This document shows, in pieces, positions 13,634-27,311 of a stretch of DNA of 64,000 nt. Origin of the DNA: Octopus sinensis (taxonomy: Eukaryota); NCBI RefSeq assembly GCF_006345805.1, contig NC_043019.1:31371360-31435359 (forward strand), in the 5' to 3' direction. Position numbers and translations under genes: made by a program. Below the pieces are notes generated by a model, which saw only the letters and a list, made by a program, of their open reading frames with translations, was not told the origin of the DNA and ran no database searches. Each line of letters starts with the position of its first letter. Positions within the stretch are counted from its first letter, which is position 1.

Positions 13634-13771
13634 GATTTCTTTGGCAACAATTGACTGAGATTGAGACCATTAGCAATATACCATGCTTGAGAAGATCCGT
13701 CAAGCCTAGTGAGATTGTAGATGTGGCCAATGACAGTATCTTGTAACTGGCACCCATGCCGGTGGTGCATG

Positions 13772-14286
13772 TACCGTAAATCCTCAAGTATAGTCCGCCC
13801 TTGAGTATAATATGCAGGGGATTTTTAGGGGGCTGTACCTCTGAAAAACTTAAACCTTGTGTATAGTACGCACCACTTCTCTAACTTGAGTCGTATGTAA
13901 TTAAGCCAGCAGCACCTAGTCAAACAAACACTTCCACACAATAATGGTGATGTTCTTAACTGTTATATGGGAATATAAATATGTTTGCAAATTGTTTTTG
14001 TTACGTGTTATTCTGTGTTCGGAATACTTTTATTTTAATAAATGTTGCTTACTGCAAGTTATGGATGATCCCTTTATGACTTCGTTGCTTTCTGGCTTAG
14101 CTTAAGGTATTTTCGTGCCCGACATCACAAAATGCGTCTGAATAAACATTGCCGGACAGCAAATAGAGACTCGGACATAGCTTAGAAAATATTTTTCATT
14201 TTTAACCTCGTATATAATACACACTAGGGATTTTCACCTTTAAATTTTGGGAAAAAAATGCGTATTATACTCGAGGATTTATGGTA
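13772..14286. mobile_element. Tc1/mariner-superfamily (Tc2/pogo-like) MITE
   Basis: 27-bp TIRs TACCGTAAATCCTCAAGTATAGTCCGC / GCGTATTATACTCGAGGATTTATGGTA with TA ends. Confidence 0.85.
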
Positions 14287-16686
14287 AAGCACCTGTTACA
14301 CTCCAAGAATATTTGGAATTAGGAAGGACATCCAGCTGTAGAAACCATGCCAAGTCATGTTGGAACCTGGTGCAGCTCCACAGCTTACCAGTTTCCAATC
14401 GAACCATCCAATCCAATGCCAGCATGGAAAACACGTTAAATGATGATGATGATGATTCATTTATCAAGAAAGTTAGATAAAAGCCACACAAATAAAGCAA
14501 ATAAGAATGATTTGGACCATGATAACTCATCTAACCCATGCCAGCATGGAAAGAGGATGAAGGATGATGATGAGGATGATAATGAGGATAGCAATGATGA
14601 TGATGATACTAATGATGATGATTATGACCATCATCTTCAATTGTTGGTGTTTATGTTTAATATTTCTACAATTTGCGGACAAATATTTTGTTTGTCTGGC
14701 TTTGTGCATTGTTTGTTTCTCTGTGTCTTCCTAGTTTCATGCATAATCTTATTCGTTTTATTTGTGTGGTTTTTATCTATCTTTCTTGATAAACAAATAT
14801 CTATATTTTTTTAAGAACAACGAATTCTGTTTGGAGAAGAAGATGTTTTATTTATGTATTAATTTTTATCTCTTAATGACAATTTCAGTTGCTATAATTG
14901 GAACAATTTAATTTCGTTTAGTTGAGACAAATGTCTGAAAGAAAACAGAAAGCGTACACACATTCACATGCATGCATACACACACACGTGTGCGCATTTT
15001 GCACATACATACAATTCACACACACACACATTCACACACACACACATGTTCACACATACACACAAATATTCACACACACCCAAATATTCACACACATTCA
15101 CACATTCACACACATTCACACACACTTTTACACATCACATTCTCACACATTCACACATGCACACATTCACACACATACATTCACACTCATGCACACACAC
15201 GCAGACATTCACACACACACAAACACCATACAACGCAAAACAAAACAAAACTAATCTCATTAAACTTCAAGTTTATTTACTTCATTTTTAATTTCTGTCA
15301 AAGATGATAAAAAAAAACCCCAGAAAACAACACCCTAAAAACAACAACAAAAAATGTTCATTAAAAAAATTACTCTCTTCCCTATTTATACAATCCAAAT
15401 TACAATAAAATTATAATGTAAGAATTTACCAATCAGTTTTGCATTCTTGATTTGGCACATCAACATTTTCTCTTCTTTTTTTTTTGTTTCACTTTAGTTC
15501 TTTGGTTCTCTCACGCAGGGAAAAAAACAATCTATTTTTCTTTGGTAGTGAATCTAATTGACGTGTATTTTTGTTTTAATTTTTTTATCAGTGTTAATAT
15601 TTCTTGTCTAATTCATTTAGATAACTTGTATAAATCAGTTTCCTTTCAAAATGTTAAGAAAAGAAATCATTATTTAGTTCCAGAACGATCTAAAATAATC
15701 ATTATTTTTATAATCGACAACAACATAATTTTCTCGAGAATATAAACATACAAAGGAAAATATATGTTTACCAAGGAACAAGTCTCTGTTCAGAGGTTTC
15801 TTAAAGATGTTTGGTGTAGCAATCAGGGGCATATATTCTGGGTGTGCTAGGTGTGCCTGCACACACAACCTAAAAATGGCAAATGCATTATAAATATTAA
15901 TCTTACTCGTTAATTTAATCACAAATCTTAATGGAAAACTTTTGTTATACCCCTGCTTGAAATTTGGTATTGGGTGTGCTGCCACATCCAATACAACAAC
16001 CACCATACACCACAGGTAGGAATCGTAGCAGCCAGTACTGTCTTAAGTACTGGGCATTTGTCCAGGGGCCCAGTTCTGATATGGTTGGGAGCCTCATGGA
16101 TCTAGGGACCCAATTCTGATCTGTGCATGTTGTGATTTGCTGTCAATAAATAAATATTACAGGGCTTTGTACATTTATTTGCCTGGGGACCTTTTGAGTC
16201 AAAGGGGCCCTCTTCTGATCCATGCATTTTATGACTTGCTGTCAATGAATAAATAGTATAGGGCCCAGCACATTGATTTGTTCGGGATCCCCTTGGATTT
16301 AGGTGCCCAGTTCTGCTTTGGGCATGGTTCAAAAAGGAAACAAAACAATATATATATATATGTTAGACTCTCGCATCAAAGATGATGTGCGAGTGTTCAT
16401 GCTGCTGCACGTTGGCTCACACTCTTCATCAAATTGATGTTGTCTCATCAGGTGCATGATGTACCAAATGTCAGGGGTCAATGTGAGAGCAGAGCAAAGT
16501 GAGATGAAGTGTTTTGCTTGAGAACACAATGTACCACCCAGTCTAAGAACTGAAATCATGATCTGGCGATCATGTGTATAACACCCTAACCACTAAGCCA
16601 TATATTCTGTTAATGTTTGTTTTTATGTTCAGTTATAATAATAGTTATTTTGCACTAACCTGAAGGTTTACTCTATACTTTTGTAG

Positions 16687-16748
16687 AGTACAAATTTATT
16701 GTTCTCATACAAGAATATTATTGACAGTGACTTCAAAGTTTCAGCCAG
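16687..16748 (+). CDS. Putative internal exon, product unknown (VQIYCSHTRILLTVTSKFQP or STNLLFSYKNIIDSDFKVSA)
   Basis: Branch point CACTAAC at 16653-16659, acceptor ctatacttttgtag, donor CAG|GTAAGC; two frames open. Confidence 0.35.
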
Positions 16749-17537
16749 GTAAGCCACCGTTGGACTGCGATGCATTGAAGTTAATTCTTGACTTTGTATA
16801 GTTTCTGTTTAGTTAAAATCTTCCTTCGGTAATTAAGATGTAGGTTGGGCTGTGGTAGAGAGGTGTTTCAGAGAAATTTTTATTGATTTAATATGGGGTT
16901 ACATTATTGTTTAGAATCTATTCAGACATAATAAAGAATGGAGAATTATGCATCTTTAATTAAAATATTCCAATATTTTAATTAACGATGCTTAATTTTC
17001 CTTTATTATGACTTTCTAATATATTCTGGAATTTTATGTGAAATCCTTCAAAGAGAAGACATGATTTAACAGTCAAATGGAACTAAAATGGTAATTGTTT
17101 CTTCAACGTGATTCCTAGCTTTTCTAACTGTTTCATATCATTAACCAAGTTCAGATTATAACAGCGTGCTCATAAGATATTTGCCTGTATTTTATAAAAC
17201 CCTATATTCCTTTGTACATGTGTGTGTCTGTGAGTGAGTGCGAGAGTGTGTGTGCATGCATTTGTGTGTAAATTTTGCTCTGAAAAACTCGACTTGTATG
17301 CTGGAAAATATGATATTCAGATTGTGATGTTATGACCACCCATGCCAACTTAGAAAACAGATATGTAAAAGAAACAAAAAAAAATAATGATGTATCTAAA
17401 TTTGTGAATATAGCTGTTATGTCTACAGGCTTAAATCTAATCTTTTGGTGTGTATACAAATGTATATCAAATCTTCTAACACGGAACCCCCTATAAACTG
17501 GAATGAATTAACAAAAGTGATTTTGTTTTCTGTGTAG

Positions 17538-17599
17538 AAAAACAGCCAGCCATTATAAGAATTGATACATTGTTATACTGGAAGATCAATAAACTGTAA
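17538..17599 (+). CDS. Putative exon, in frame with 16687-16748 (EKQPAIIRIDTLLYWKINKL*)
   Basis: Acceptor ttttgttttctgtgtag with upstream TTAAC; phase-1 join is open. Confidence 0.3.
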
Positions 17600-18469
17600 A
17601 TGGTTTTCCTGCATGCAGAGAATATGGTCCCATTAAGTTATATTATGTGCTCATGTTTACATGTTCATCAACCGGCAGTAAAACCCTCTGGAAACATAGC
17701 TTAACAAGGAACTTAAATACAGTCGCTCAATCTGCTGGCTATATAACAGCCAAATCTCCCTCAAAATCACAGCTTACCATCTCATAAAGAAATCATCATC
17801 TTCATTGCCACCACCATCATCATCATCACGCCTTACCAGCTCATAAAGAAATCATTATCATCATCACCACCACCACCTCCATCATCACCACAAACACCAT
17901 GACCACCTTCATCATCATCACCATCATCACCGCCACCATGACTACGACCACCTTCATCATTATCATCATCATCACCACGACCACGACCACCACCACCTGG
18001 GGTGCATGGCTTAGTGATTAGTGTGTTGCACTTGTGATCATAAGATTGTGGTTTCAGTTCTTGGACTGGAAAAAATTACCAGGTTCAGTTTGTTCAACTG
18101 AAACTCTTCAGCGTCATGCCCCAGCATGACCACATTCAAATGACTGCAAAAAAACTGAAAAATAGAAAATAAAAGGTGAAAGATTATTATGCCAACACAT
18201 AGGATATAGAATATATATACTGTTTCTCAGTTCTTCACTGAGGAAAGCAGAGAGGAGGGCATTCAGAGTAGTGTGCCTATATGCTTATGCGGACACACAC
18301 AATGCTCTGATTTATCTTTGTTGCACATTTTCAAATGAACTCTGCTCTTGATGTTGGGGGAGGTTTAGCACTTAGGAGGGGAAACAAAAACAAGGAAACA
18401 AACAAACATACAAAAGCATGTTTTCCATTGTAAGTAAAAGGTGATTGTCTTCTTTAACATTGCTGACAC

Positions 18470-18845
18470 TGACATCACTATCATCACCATCACCATCAGC
18501 ACTTTTACCATCGACACCGTCAAAGCCACCACCATTATCGTCTTCATCACTGTCATCGTTGTCACCATCATAATTATCATCATCACCATCGTTGTTGTCA
18601 TTATCAACACCATCATCATCACCTTTAGCACTTTTACCATTGACACCATCACAACCACCACCAATATCATCTTCGTCATCATCATCGTCACCGTCATTGT
18701 CATCATAATTATCATCATCACCATCAGTGTCGTCGTCACCGTCATTATCAACATCATCATCAACATCATTGTCATCATCGTCGTTGTTGTCGTCGTCATC
18801 ATTGTTATCATCATCATCATCACCATCGTCATCAACAGCATCACC
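18470..18845. repeat. Degenerate (CAT/CAC/CGT)n microsatellite
   Basis: Directly visible. Confidence 0.9.
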
Positions 18846-19696
18846 TCATTACCTTCAGCACCAATTCAACTGTGGGCTTCATGAATGGAGAATCACAAGT
18901 TAATTATCTTCACTGTGTTGGTTGTTTCCACAATTCAATTTCTTTCAATTGCCACTTTGCTACATTTACTCTCTCTCTCTCTTTCTTCGCCCACCACCTT
19001 CCATTCCACTCCACTCTCCCCTCCCAATCTTGTTCTTTCTAAACCTGTTATTCTTTCTTGTTTACATTTTCTAATCTGTTTATATACATACATGTAAACA
19101 AATAGGCATATACACATATACACATGCATATATATATATATTCTACACACACATATATATATACGTACATATGTATGTGTGTATGTATGTATACATATAC
19201 ATGCATATGTGTGTGTATATATTTATGTGTATGTGGATTATTTATATATATATATATATATGTAGATAGATACTTACATGCACACACACACACACACACA
19301 CACATATATGTATATACATACACACATACATATATATACATATATGTATACATTTATATATATACACACATATATATAATGTGTGTGTGTATATGTATAT
19401 ATGTATATATATATATATGTATATATTATATATATATATATATATAAAATATGTGTGTATACATATATACATACACACATAGTTAAGCACACATGTTAGC
19501 AATGTGTTTTGTATTAAGGTTCAGAAAAAGAAGAGCCATTAGACCATCAGATAGATTGTTTTGTAGTTTTTTTTTGCTTGAGCACTCTATACTCCAAGTT
19601 CAAACCCTCCTCTTGTTTGAATGCTATTAAGTGTGTTCCATATTAAGATTCTCTTGATCTCATCTATTGACTCTATATATAAATATATATATTCAC

Positions 19697-19735
<39 letters not shown>

Positions 19736-19737
<2 letters not shown>

Positions 19738-19889
19738 TCAAAGGGCATACTGAGTATGATTGTTTTAACCCGTATGCTCACAGATGGTTGATTTCTGTAG
19801 TTATTGTCAGTGTTATTTTTTCAGCAGTTTAAATAAGAGTTTTGACTGTTATTTCTAGCAGATTGACATACTCAGTATGTCCTTTGATT
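19736..19889. mobile_element. 154-bp element with 23-bp TIRs (MITE-like)
   Basis: AATCAAAGGGCATACTGAGTATG / CATACTCAGTATGTCCTTTGATT, 1 mismatch. Confidence 0.6.
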
Positions 19890-20425
19890 GATATAAATTT
19901 TAATCCTTCAGCTATTTAATGCTTTTTGGGGGGCCTGCAATTGCCTATATTATTAATTCTGTTATTATCAATTTAATTATTTTATCCTAGATAATAATAG
20001 AGTTAATGGTATCTTTGCAAATATTTTCTACCAAATTATTTGTTTCGTATTGTAATTATATATATATTTATATATATATATATATATATATAGCAAGTTA
20101 AAAAGGATGACTTATTAGCAATTAGGACCTAAAGGCAAAATTAATAGAGGTCACAAAAGTGACAGAAGGGACTGACTAGCACCACTTTTGCTAAAAATAA
20201 GAGTGAAAACAACTCAAAAGGAAGCTGAGTATAATGTTAGATGTTAAGAGTTGCTGATGAGGATTAAAGATGGTCTACATCAAAATCCAAAATCGCAATC
20301 TGACTTTGTATGCTGGGGACTTACCTCCCTTTGTCAGTCATTAAGTACAGTGCTCTCTCTCTCTCTCTTTCTCTCTCTCTCTATATATATATATTTGTGT
20401 ATGTATATGTATATATATATGTATG

Positions 20426-20472
<47 letters not shown>

Positions 20473-20669
20473 ATATGTATGTATATATATATGTATGCAT
20501 ATATATGTATGTATGTATATCTATGTATGTATATATATGTGTGTGTATATATGTGTGTGTATATATATATGTGTGTGTGTATATAAGTGTGTGTGTGTAT
20601 ATATATATATGAGGGATTCTCTTGTCATGAATGACAAATGAAGGTTCAGTGAAATAAAGCATTAATTAT

Positions 20670-20990
20670 GTTTTATGGACACGAACGTATCTCTTGAGGC
20701 CTGCTGGTACCTTGCAAACCTTTTGGCCAGTGGAACAAGTTAAGGATTCAGTTTGCTTGAGTGTTTGTGGATCATTTACTATGTGTTTTCTTTAGTGGAT
20801 GGCAAGGCCAGCTTTGCTTCATGCCACAAAACCCCAACAACAGGTGTCGTTTCCGTTTAGAGGAGCAGTATTTTACCAGTGTGCCATCATACTTGCACAA
20901 ATTTGGGTCTTGATGCAGGAGTGGGCTTTGCTCAAATCTATGAACTGAGGAGAAGCAGGATTGGCACCAGGGCCTGCATTCTGATGCTTT
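20670..20990 (-). pseudogene. LINE-derived C-terminal double C2H2-like zinc finger remnant
   Basis: Minus frames: CCWGFVA*SKAGLAIH*RKH and TCSTGQKVCKVPAGLKRYVRVH; no TGEKP linker. Confidence 0.5.
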
Positions 20991-21534
20991 GAGGGGTTAC
21001 ATGGCTATTGAGGCTACTGATGGATTCATATACATGATATGTATTCTAATCCAGGATAGAGATGAATACCAATGTTCTCATGTGGCAGGCTTTGTAATTG
21101 TTAAGAGATTTCTCATTGCATGAAACCATTGGTAGTCTTATTCATCCACAAATAAAGAATACTTATGCACCAATGCAGTGTAGAGCATGCATTATCATTG
21201 TCTAGTATTAGCTGGTACTTTCATTTCTCAGGCCTGAAAGAGCAGGAAAGGCAAGTTTGTCCTTGACATTAGAAATGAAAATGTAAAAGTTAGTGGGAAT
21301 GCAGTTAAGCATTTTTTCTGGTGTCATGAGGATACTGCCAGCTTGCTTCCTTAATATGTGTGTGTGTGCTTATATATGTATGTATGTGTATGTTAATGCA
21401 TGTACATGTGAATATATATTTGTGTGTCTTCCAGCTGTGTGACTGTGTGTGTGTATGTATATAAATGAAAAATTAATTTAGATAAACGACAGATAAAAAA
21501 CATATACATATGTATCTGTGTGTGTATATATACA

Positions 21535-21737
21535 CATACATTCACACTGCATGTATATATAGATAAATATATTCATAGTGTGTCTATATGCACATACATA
21601 TATTCATACTGCATGTATATACACATACATATATTCATAGTGTGTGTGTATACACATACATATATTCATAGTGTGTGTGTATACACATACATATATTCAT
21701 AATGTGTGCATATACACACACATATATTCATAGTTAT
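21535..21737. repeat. ~31-bp minisatellite (acatacatatattcatagtgtgtgtgtatac), about 6 units
   Basis: Directly visible tandem units. Confidence 0.85.
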
Positions 21738-22239
21738 TTTTCAGCCACATAACAACACACATGCTTCTCTCAGACTTTTGGCTCCTTCCTCCTTTTCCTC
21801 CTCTCTGAAGTTTTTCCTCCTTCCGATGAAGAGCCATGCTTGAAACATCATTTCCACTCTTATTTTTTCCATCTTAAAGTTTCACTGAACCTCAATCTAA
21901 TATATTCAAAGTGCACGTCTAATTGACTTTTGTTGTTTTTACCTCCTTTTACCTTTGATTTATACGTGCGTGCACACACACACACACGTACACTGATATA
22001 TATATATATATATATAAATGTATGTGTGTGTGTATGTATGTATATAAATGCTTAGCAATCAATCTCTCTGTAGAAACATATATATGTATATGTGTGTGTG
22101 TGCTTTAGTCAGGAGGCAATGCAGTGCTCGTGACCTATAGTGGGGTTTAAACACACAACCACAAGCATACACACACATGCAAACACATGCACACACATGC
22201 ACACACACATACATGCATGCACAAACACACACATGCACA

Positions 22240-22830
22240 TGGCTGCGTGGTAATTAGCTTGCCTACCAACTACATGGTTCCGGGTTTGGTCCCACTGCGT
22301 GGCACCTTGGGCAAGTGTCTTCTACTATAACCTCATGCCGACCAAAGCCTTGTAAGTGGATTTGGTAGACAGAAACTGAGAGAAGCCCGTCGTATATATA
22401 TATATGTAGGTGTGTGTGTGTTTGTGTATCTGTGTTTGTCCCCCACCATTGCTTGACAACCAACAGTGGTGTGTCTACATCCCTGTGATTTAGCAGTTTG
22501 GCAAAAGAGACCCATAGAATAAGTACTACTATAATCTCGGGCCTTGTGAGTAGATTTGGTAGACGGAAACTGAAAGAAGCCCGTCGTTTATATATATATA
22601 TGTACGTGTGTGTGTATATGTTTGTGTGTCTGTGTTTGTCCCCCCAACATCGCTTGACAACCGATGCTGGTGTGTTTACGTCCCCGTAACTTAGTGGTTC
22701 GGCAAAAGCGACCGATAGAATAAGCACTAGGCTTACAAAGAATAAGTCCTGGGGTCGATTTGCTCGACTAAAGGCGGTGCTCCAGTATGGCTGCAGTCAA
22801 ATGACTGGAACAAATAAAAGAATAAAAAAA
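22240..22830 (+). mobile_element. SINE family A, tandem partial dimer
   Basis: First copy breaks at aagtactact (~22527) and restarts at the ctataatctcgggcc/gccttgtgag region. Confidence 0.85.
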
Positions 22831-23182
22831 AAGAAAGAATATGCAATTCGTAGCCCCCAAATCCAAACCAGGCCTTGATGTAGCATAATAACATTGTTCC
22901 CTGCGATTCCTTTCATCTAAAAGCTGAAAACCATTGTTATAGATAGGAGATCAAGTTAAACCAGTTCTATAAACACTGAAAATTTCTCAAACGCAACAGG
23001 TTATTTACTCTAAATATATTACACCACATTAATACATCTCTCTTTTGAATGGTGCTTTACAAGTGTAGGACAGCAGCAAGACAGTTATGAGAAGACCTTT
23101 TTATATTCTTTTCTCAATTATTAATTAATTGAACTAAGAGAGGAGGAAGAGGTTGACTATTAGTATTATTATTATTATAAGT

Positions 23183-24020
23183 CATAAGGTGGCAAGTTGG
23201 CAGAATCGTTAGCACTCTGGGGGAAATGCTTAGCAGGTATTTCGTCCATCTTCATGTTCTGAGTTCAGTTTCCGCTGATGTTGATTTAGCCTTTCATCCT
23301 TTCAGGGTTGATAAATTAAGTACCAGTGAAACACTGGGGTCGATGTAATCGACTGGTTCCTTCCCCCAAAATTTCAGGCCTTGTGCCTATAGTAGAAACA
23401 ATTATTATTAGTTGTCATAAGGTGGCAAGCTGGCTGAATCGTTAGCACACCGGGTGAAATGCTTAGTGGTATTTTGTCTGCCGTTACGTTCTGAGTTCAA
23501 ATTCCACCGAGGTCGACTTTGCCTTTCATCCTTTCGGGGTTGATTAAATAAGTACCAGTTACGCACTGGGGTCGATATAATTGGCTTAATCCGTTTGTCT
23601 GTCCTTGTTTGTCCTCTCTTTGTTTAGCCCCCTGGGATAGTAAAGAAATAGGTATTTCGTCTGTCTTTAAGTTCTGAGTTCAAATTCCACAAATGTCAGT
23701 TTTGCCTTTCATCTTTTCAGGGTTGATAAAAAAAGTATCAGTTGAGCACTGGGGTCAATGTAATTGACTTACCCCGTCCCCAAAACTGCTGGCCTTGTGC
23801 TAAAATTTGAAATTATTATTAGTAGTTGTAAGGCAGTGAGCTGGCAGAATTGTTAGCATGCTGGGTGAGATGTTTAACGGTATTTCATCTGTCTTTACAT
23901 TCTGAGTTCAAATTCTGCTGGCATCAGCTTTGCCTTTTATACTCTTGGGGTTGATAAAACAAGTACCAGTTGAAGACTGGGGTCGATGAAATTGCTCGCC
24001 TTGTGCCAAAATTGAAAATC
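23183..24020 (+). mobile_element. Head-to-tail array of SINE family B (three heads; middle copy internally dimeric)
   Basis: Heads at about 23185, 23418 and 23830 separated by (ATT)n linkers. Confidence 0.85.
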
Positions 24021-24082
24021 ATTATTTTTAGTAATTGTAGTTGTGGTAGAGATGGCAGCATTATTATTATTATTATTATTAT

Positions 24083-24134
<52 letters not shown>

Positions 24135-26204
24135 TGGGGGAGGAGGAGGAGGAGGAGTTTCTTTCAGTTTCCATCTACTGAATCCACTCACAAGCCTTTG
24201 GTTGACCTTGGGCTATAGTAGAAAATACTTGTCCTAGGTGCTGTGCAGTGGGACTGAAGCTAAGACCACTGTGCAAGATTCTCAACCACACAGCCTTACC
24301 TAAACATCTAAAATTACATACACACACTCATATATATCAGCATCATCATCGTCATTTAATATCCATTTTCTATGCTGGAATGTGTTGGACAGTTTGACCA
24401 GAGCTGGCAAACTGGAGAGCTGCACCAGGCTTCAGTCATCTGTAGTAGCAAGGCTTCTATGGCTGGATGCCCTTCATAATGCCAACCACTTTACAGAATT
24501 TACTGAGTGACTTTTATGTGGCACTAGCACACACACAAATACACACGCACAAACGTGCACATGCATACATGCACACACATATGAGCATATAAATATATGT
24601 AGTTCTTCCTTTCTACTCTAGGCACAAGGTGTGAAATTTTAAGGTGGGTATCTAGCCAATCACATTGACCTCAGTGCTCAACTAATACTTATTTCATCAA
24701 CCACGGAAGGACGAAAGGCAAAGTTGACCTTGGCAGAATTTGAACTCAGAACATGTAGAATGGCAAAATTCCATTAAGCAATTTCAACCAATTCACCAGG
24801 CTTGAACGTAGCTTTCCTTTATGTCATATGTTACATATGTTTCTGTATTAGGTAACTAATTCATACAAGCAATTTATAACTGTGGTATATATAATCCTAC
24901 CAAACATGTCCTTGAACAGTGTTGAAAATGGGTCACAATCATGGTAGCATCTAATTTAAATATCTTAGAAATACAAGGCACTCGGTGGGAGGGGAAAAAA
25001 CCGGGGGTGACAGGATAGGGTGTACACCATCCATAGCAACAAGTGAGCCATAGTATACATAACAGTGACAATCACAACCAGAACAGTAAATTTCTCATAC
25101 TCTGGTTGCATGCATTTCCACTTACATGCACACACACACACACACACACACACCACACACACACACACACACTGGTGCAAAGCTATAATAAAAAAAACAC
25201 TTACCCGACATGACCCAAAGTGGGACTGAACCCAGTACCATGTGGTTGGGAAACAAACTTCTTACTGTAGAACCATACCTGTAACTATACAAGAGCAAAA
25301 ACTAGAGCAGAAAGCTTTTGTGCAAATACCATAATATTTATTAAACAGAAATATCAACATTTGCTATATTGTTCTGTCTCCTATCAAACAGGCTTGTAAT
25401 ATTTCTATAATGATTTCTCTTCACCAAGCTTTGAGACATAAAGCAATTGTAAGGAACAGAAAGTAAAATTATGGCAAATTCACAGCTGAAATATAATTTA
25501 TAGCATGTTGCTTTGATATAGATGACCTTGGATTAAACAACAATTACGGCTGTACAATATAGCACAGTGCACTACACTAACACAACCAGAGAACTTCTAT
25601 GTGGTTGCACTATCTGCTAGAAATATCTGTCAAATTTTTCTTGAGATGAAGGTTGCATTAAATGAAGTGGTCATAGATCACTCTCTAAATAAAAAAAACA
25701 AACAAACAGTAAATGTCGTTGGTTATTACAGTTCAATAGTTATTTAGTTATTTTACTATGATTTTATGTACAAATTATATAACTTTATCACAGACTGTAT
25801 TTTATGTATATATGTATATAGTTTTTCTACTTGGCCAACTCCTGTGAACGATCCTACCCATGCATGCATGGAAAATGGATGTTTATCGATGATAATGATA
25901 ATGTATGTATGTATGCTTGTATGTATGTATGTATGCTTGCATGTAGGTATGTTTATATTTATGTATGCTTATATGTATGTATGTATGTATGCTTGTACGT
26001 ATGTAATGTTTGTATGTATGTATGCTTATATGTATGTATATGTATATAATCTACATCACATCCAATGAAGTTTAATTGAATTATAAGTATTTGTTTAATG
26101 GGGTGGAACAAATTTTATAGATCAATTAATAGAAAATATTAATACATATCAACTAACAAGTAACACAAACACATGTCCTGTATCTATATATAGGTGTGTA
26201 TATC

Positions 26205-26412
26205 CCTCTCTCTCTCTTTCGGAGAGGCACAAGCACCTACACGCACATATACACACACGGCAGTAACTTCCGCCTGCCGAATTCAATCACAAAGCTTCGG
26301 TCGGCTCGGGGCTATAGCAGAAGACACCTACCCAAAGTGCCATGCAGTGGGACTGAACCCGAAACCATGTAGCTAGGAAGCAAGCTCCCTAACCACACAG
26401 CCATGCCCGTGC
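26205..26412 (-). mobile_element. SINE family A, 5' half
   Basis: gctatagcagaagacacc..gtgggactgaacccg..ccacacagcca is the reverse complement of the head. Confidence 0.8.
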
Positions 26413-26973
26413 CTACTGTATATGTATATATATATATACATATATAAATATATTTATATTCATATATACCTACACATGTATATATATTACACATGTATAT
26501 ATGCATATACATACATATATAATCATCATGTATATATATATATATATGCATACACAAACTCACACACACACACATATACACATACACATGCACACATAAA
26601 TACGCACACACCCACACACACTCACACACACACATGCATATCATCATCATTATCATCATCATTTAACATCTGTTGTCCATGCTGGCATGGGTTGGACAGT
26701 TTAACCAGAGCTTGCAAGCTGTGGATCTGCACCAGACACCAGTCTGATTTAGCATGGTTTCCACAGCAGGATGTCCTTCCTAACACCAACCACTTTACAG
26801 AGTGTGCTGGGTGCTTTTATATGGCACCACACAAGCCCTTTTACATGATACCAGCATGTGTGCTTTTTACGTGGGACCAGCACTGGACCTTTGCAGGGCA
26901 ATCCTTTTCACCAGGGGGTGGGACTTTAACACTTCTGCTGTGGAGGACAGGTCTTATGCTATTTATTTAATTT

Positions 26974-27311
26974 CAGGAGTGGCTATAAGGTGAGTAGCTT
27001 GCTTACCAACCACATGGTTCTGGTCTCAGTCCCACTCTGTGTTACTTTGGACAAGTGCCTTCTACTATAGCATCAAGCTGACCAAAGCCTTGTGAATGGA
27101 TTTGACAGATGGAAACTGAAAGAAGCCTGTTGTGTGTGTATATATATGTGTGTGTGTGTCTGTGTCTGTATTTATGTTTCCATAACTTAGCAGTTCAACA
27201 AAAGAGACTGATAGAATAAGTACCAGGCTTACAAAGAATAAGTCCTGGGGTCGATTTGTTTGACTAAAGGCAGTGCTCCAGCATGGCCGCAGTCAAATGA
27301 CTGAAACAAGT
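26974..27311 (+). mobile_element. SINE family A (internal deletion)
   Basis: Head, aactgaaagaagcc and tail gactgaaacaag present. Confidence 0.85.

Noticed and set aside
16705-16720. 13-bp identity CATACAAGAATAT with the reverse strand of micro-exon 50653-50678
   Set aside because: Short and AT-rich; plausible by chance in 64 kb.
20670-20990. Member of the octopus C2H2 zinc-finger gene expansion
   Set aside because: Only two broken fingers, with stops and no TGEKP linkers; fits a LINE C-terminus better.
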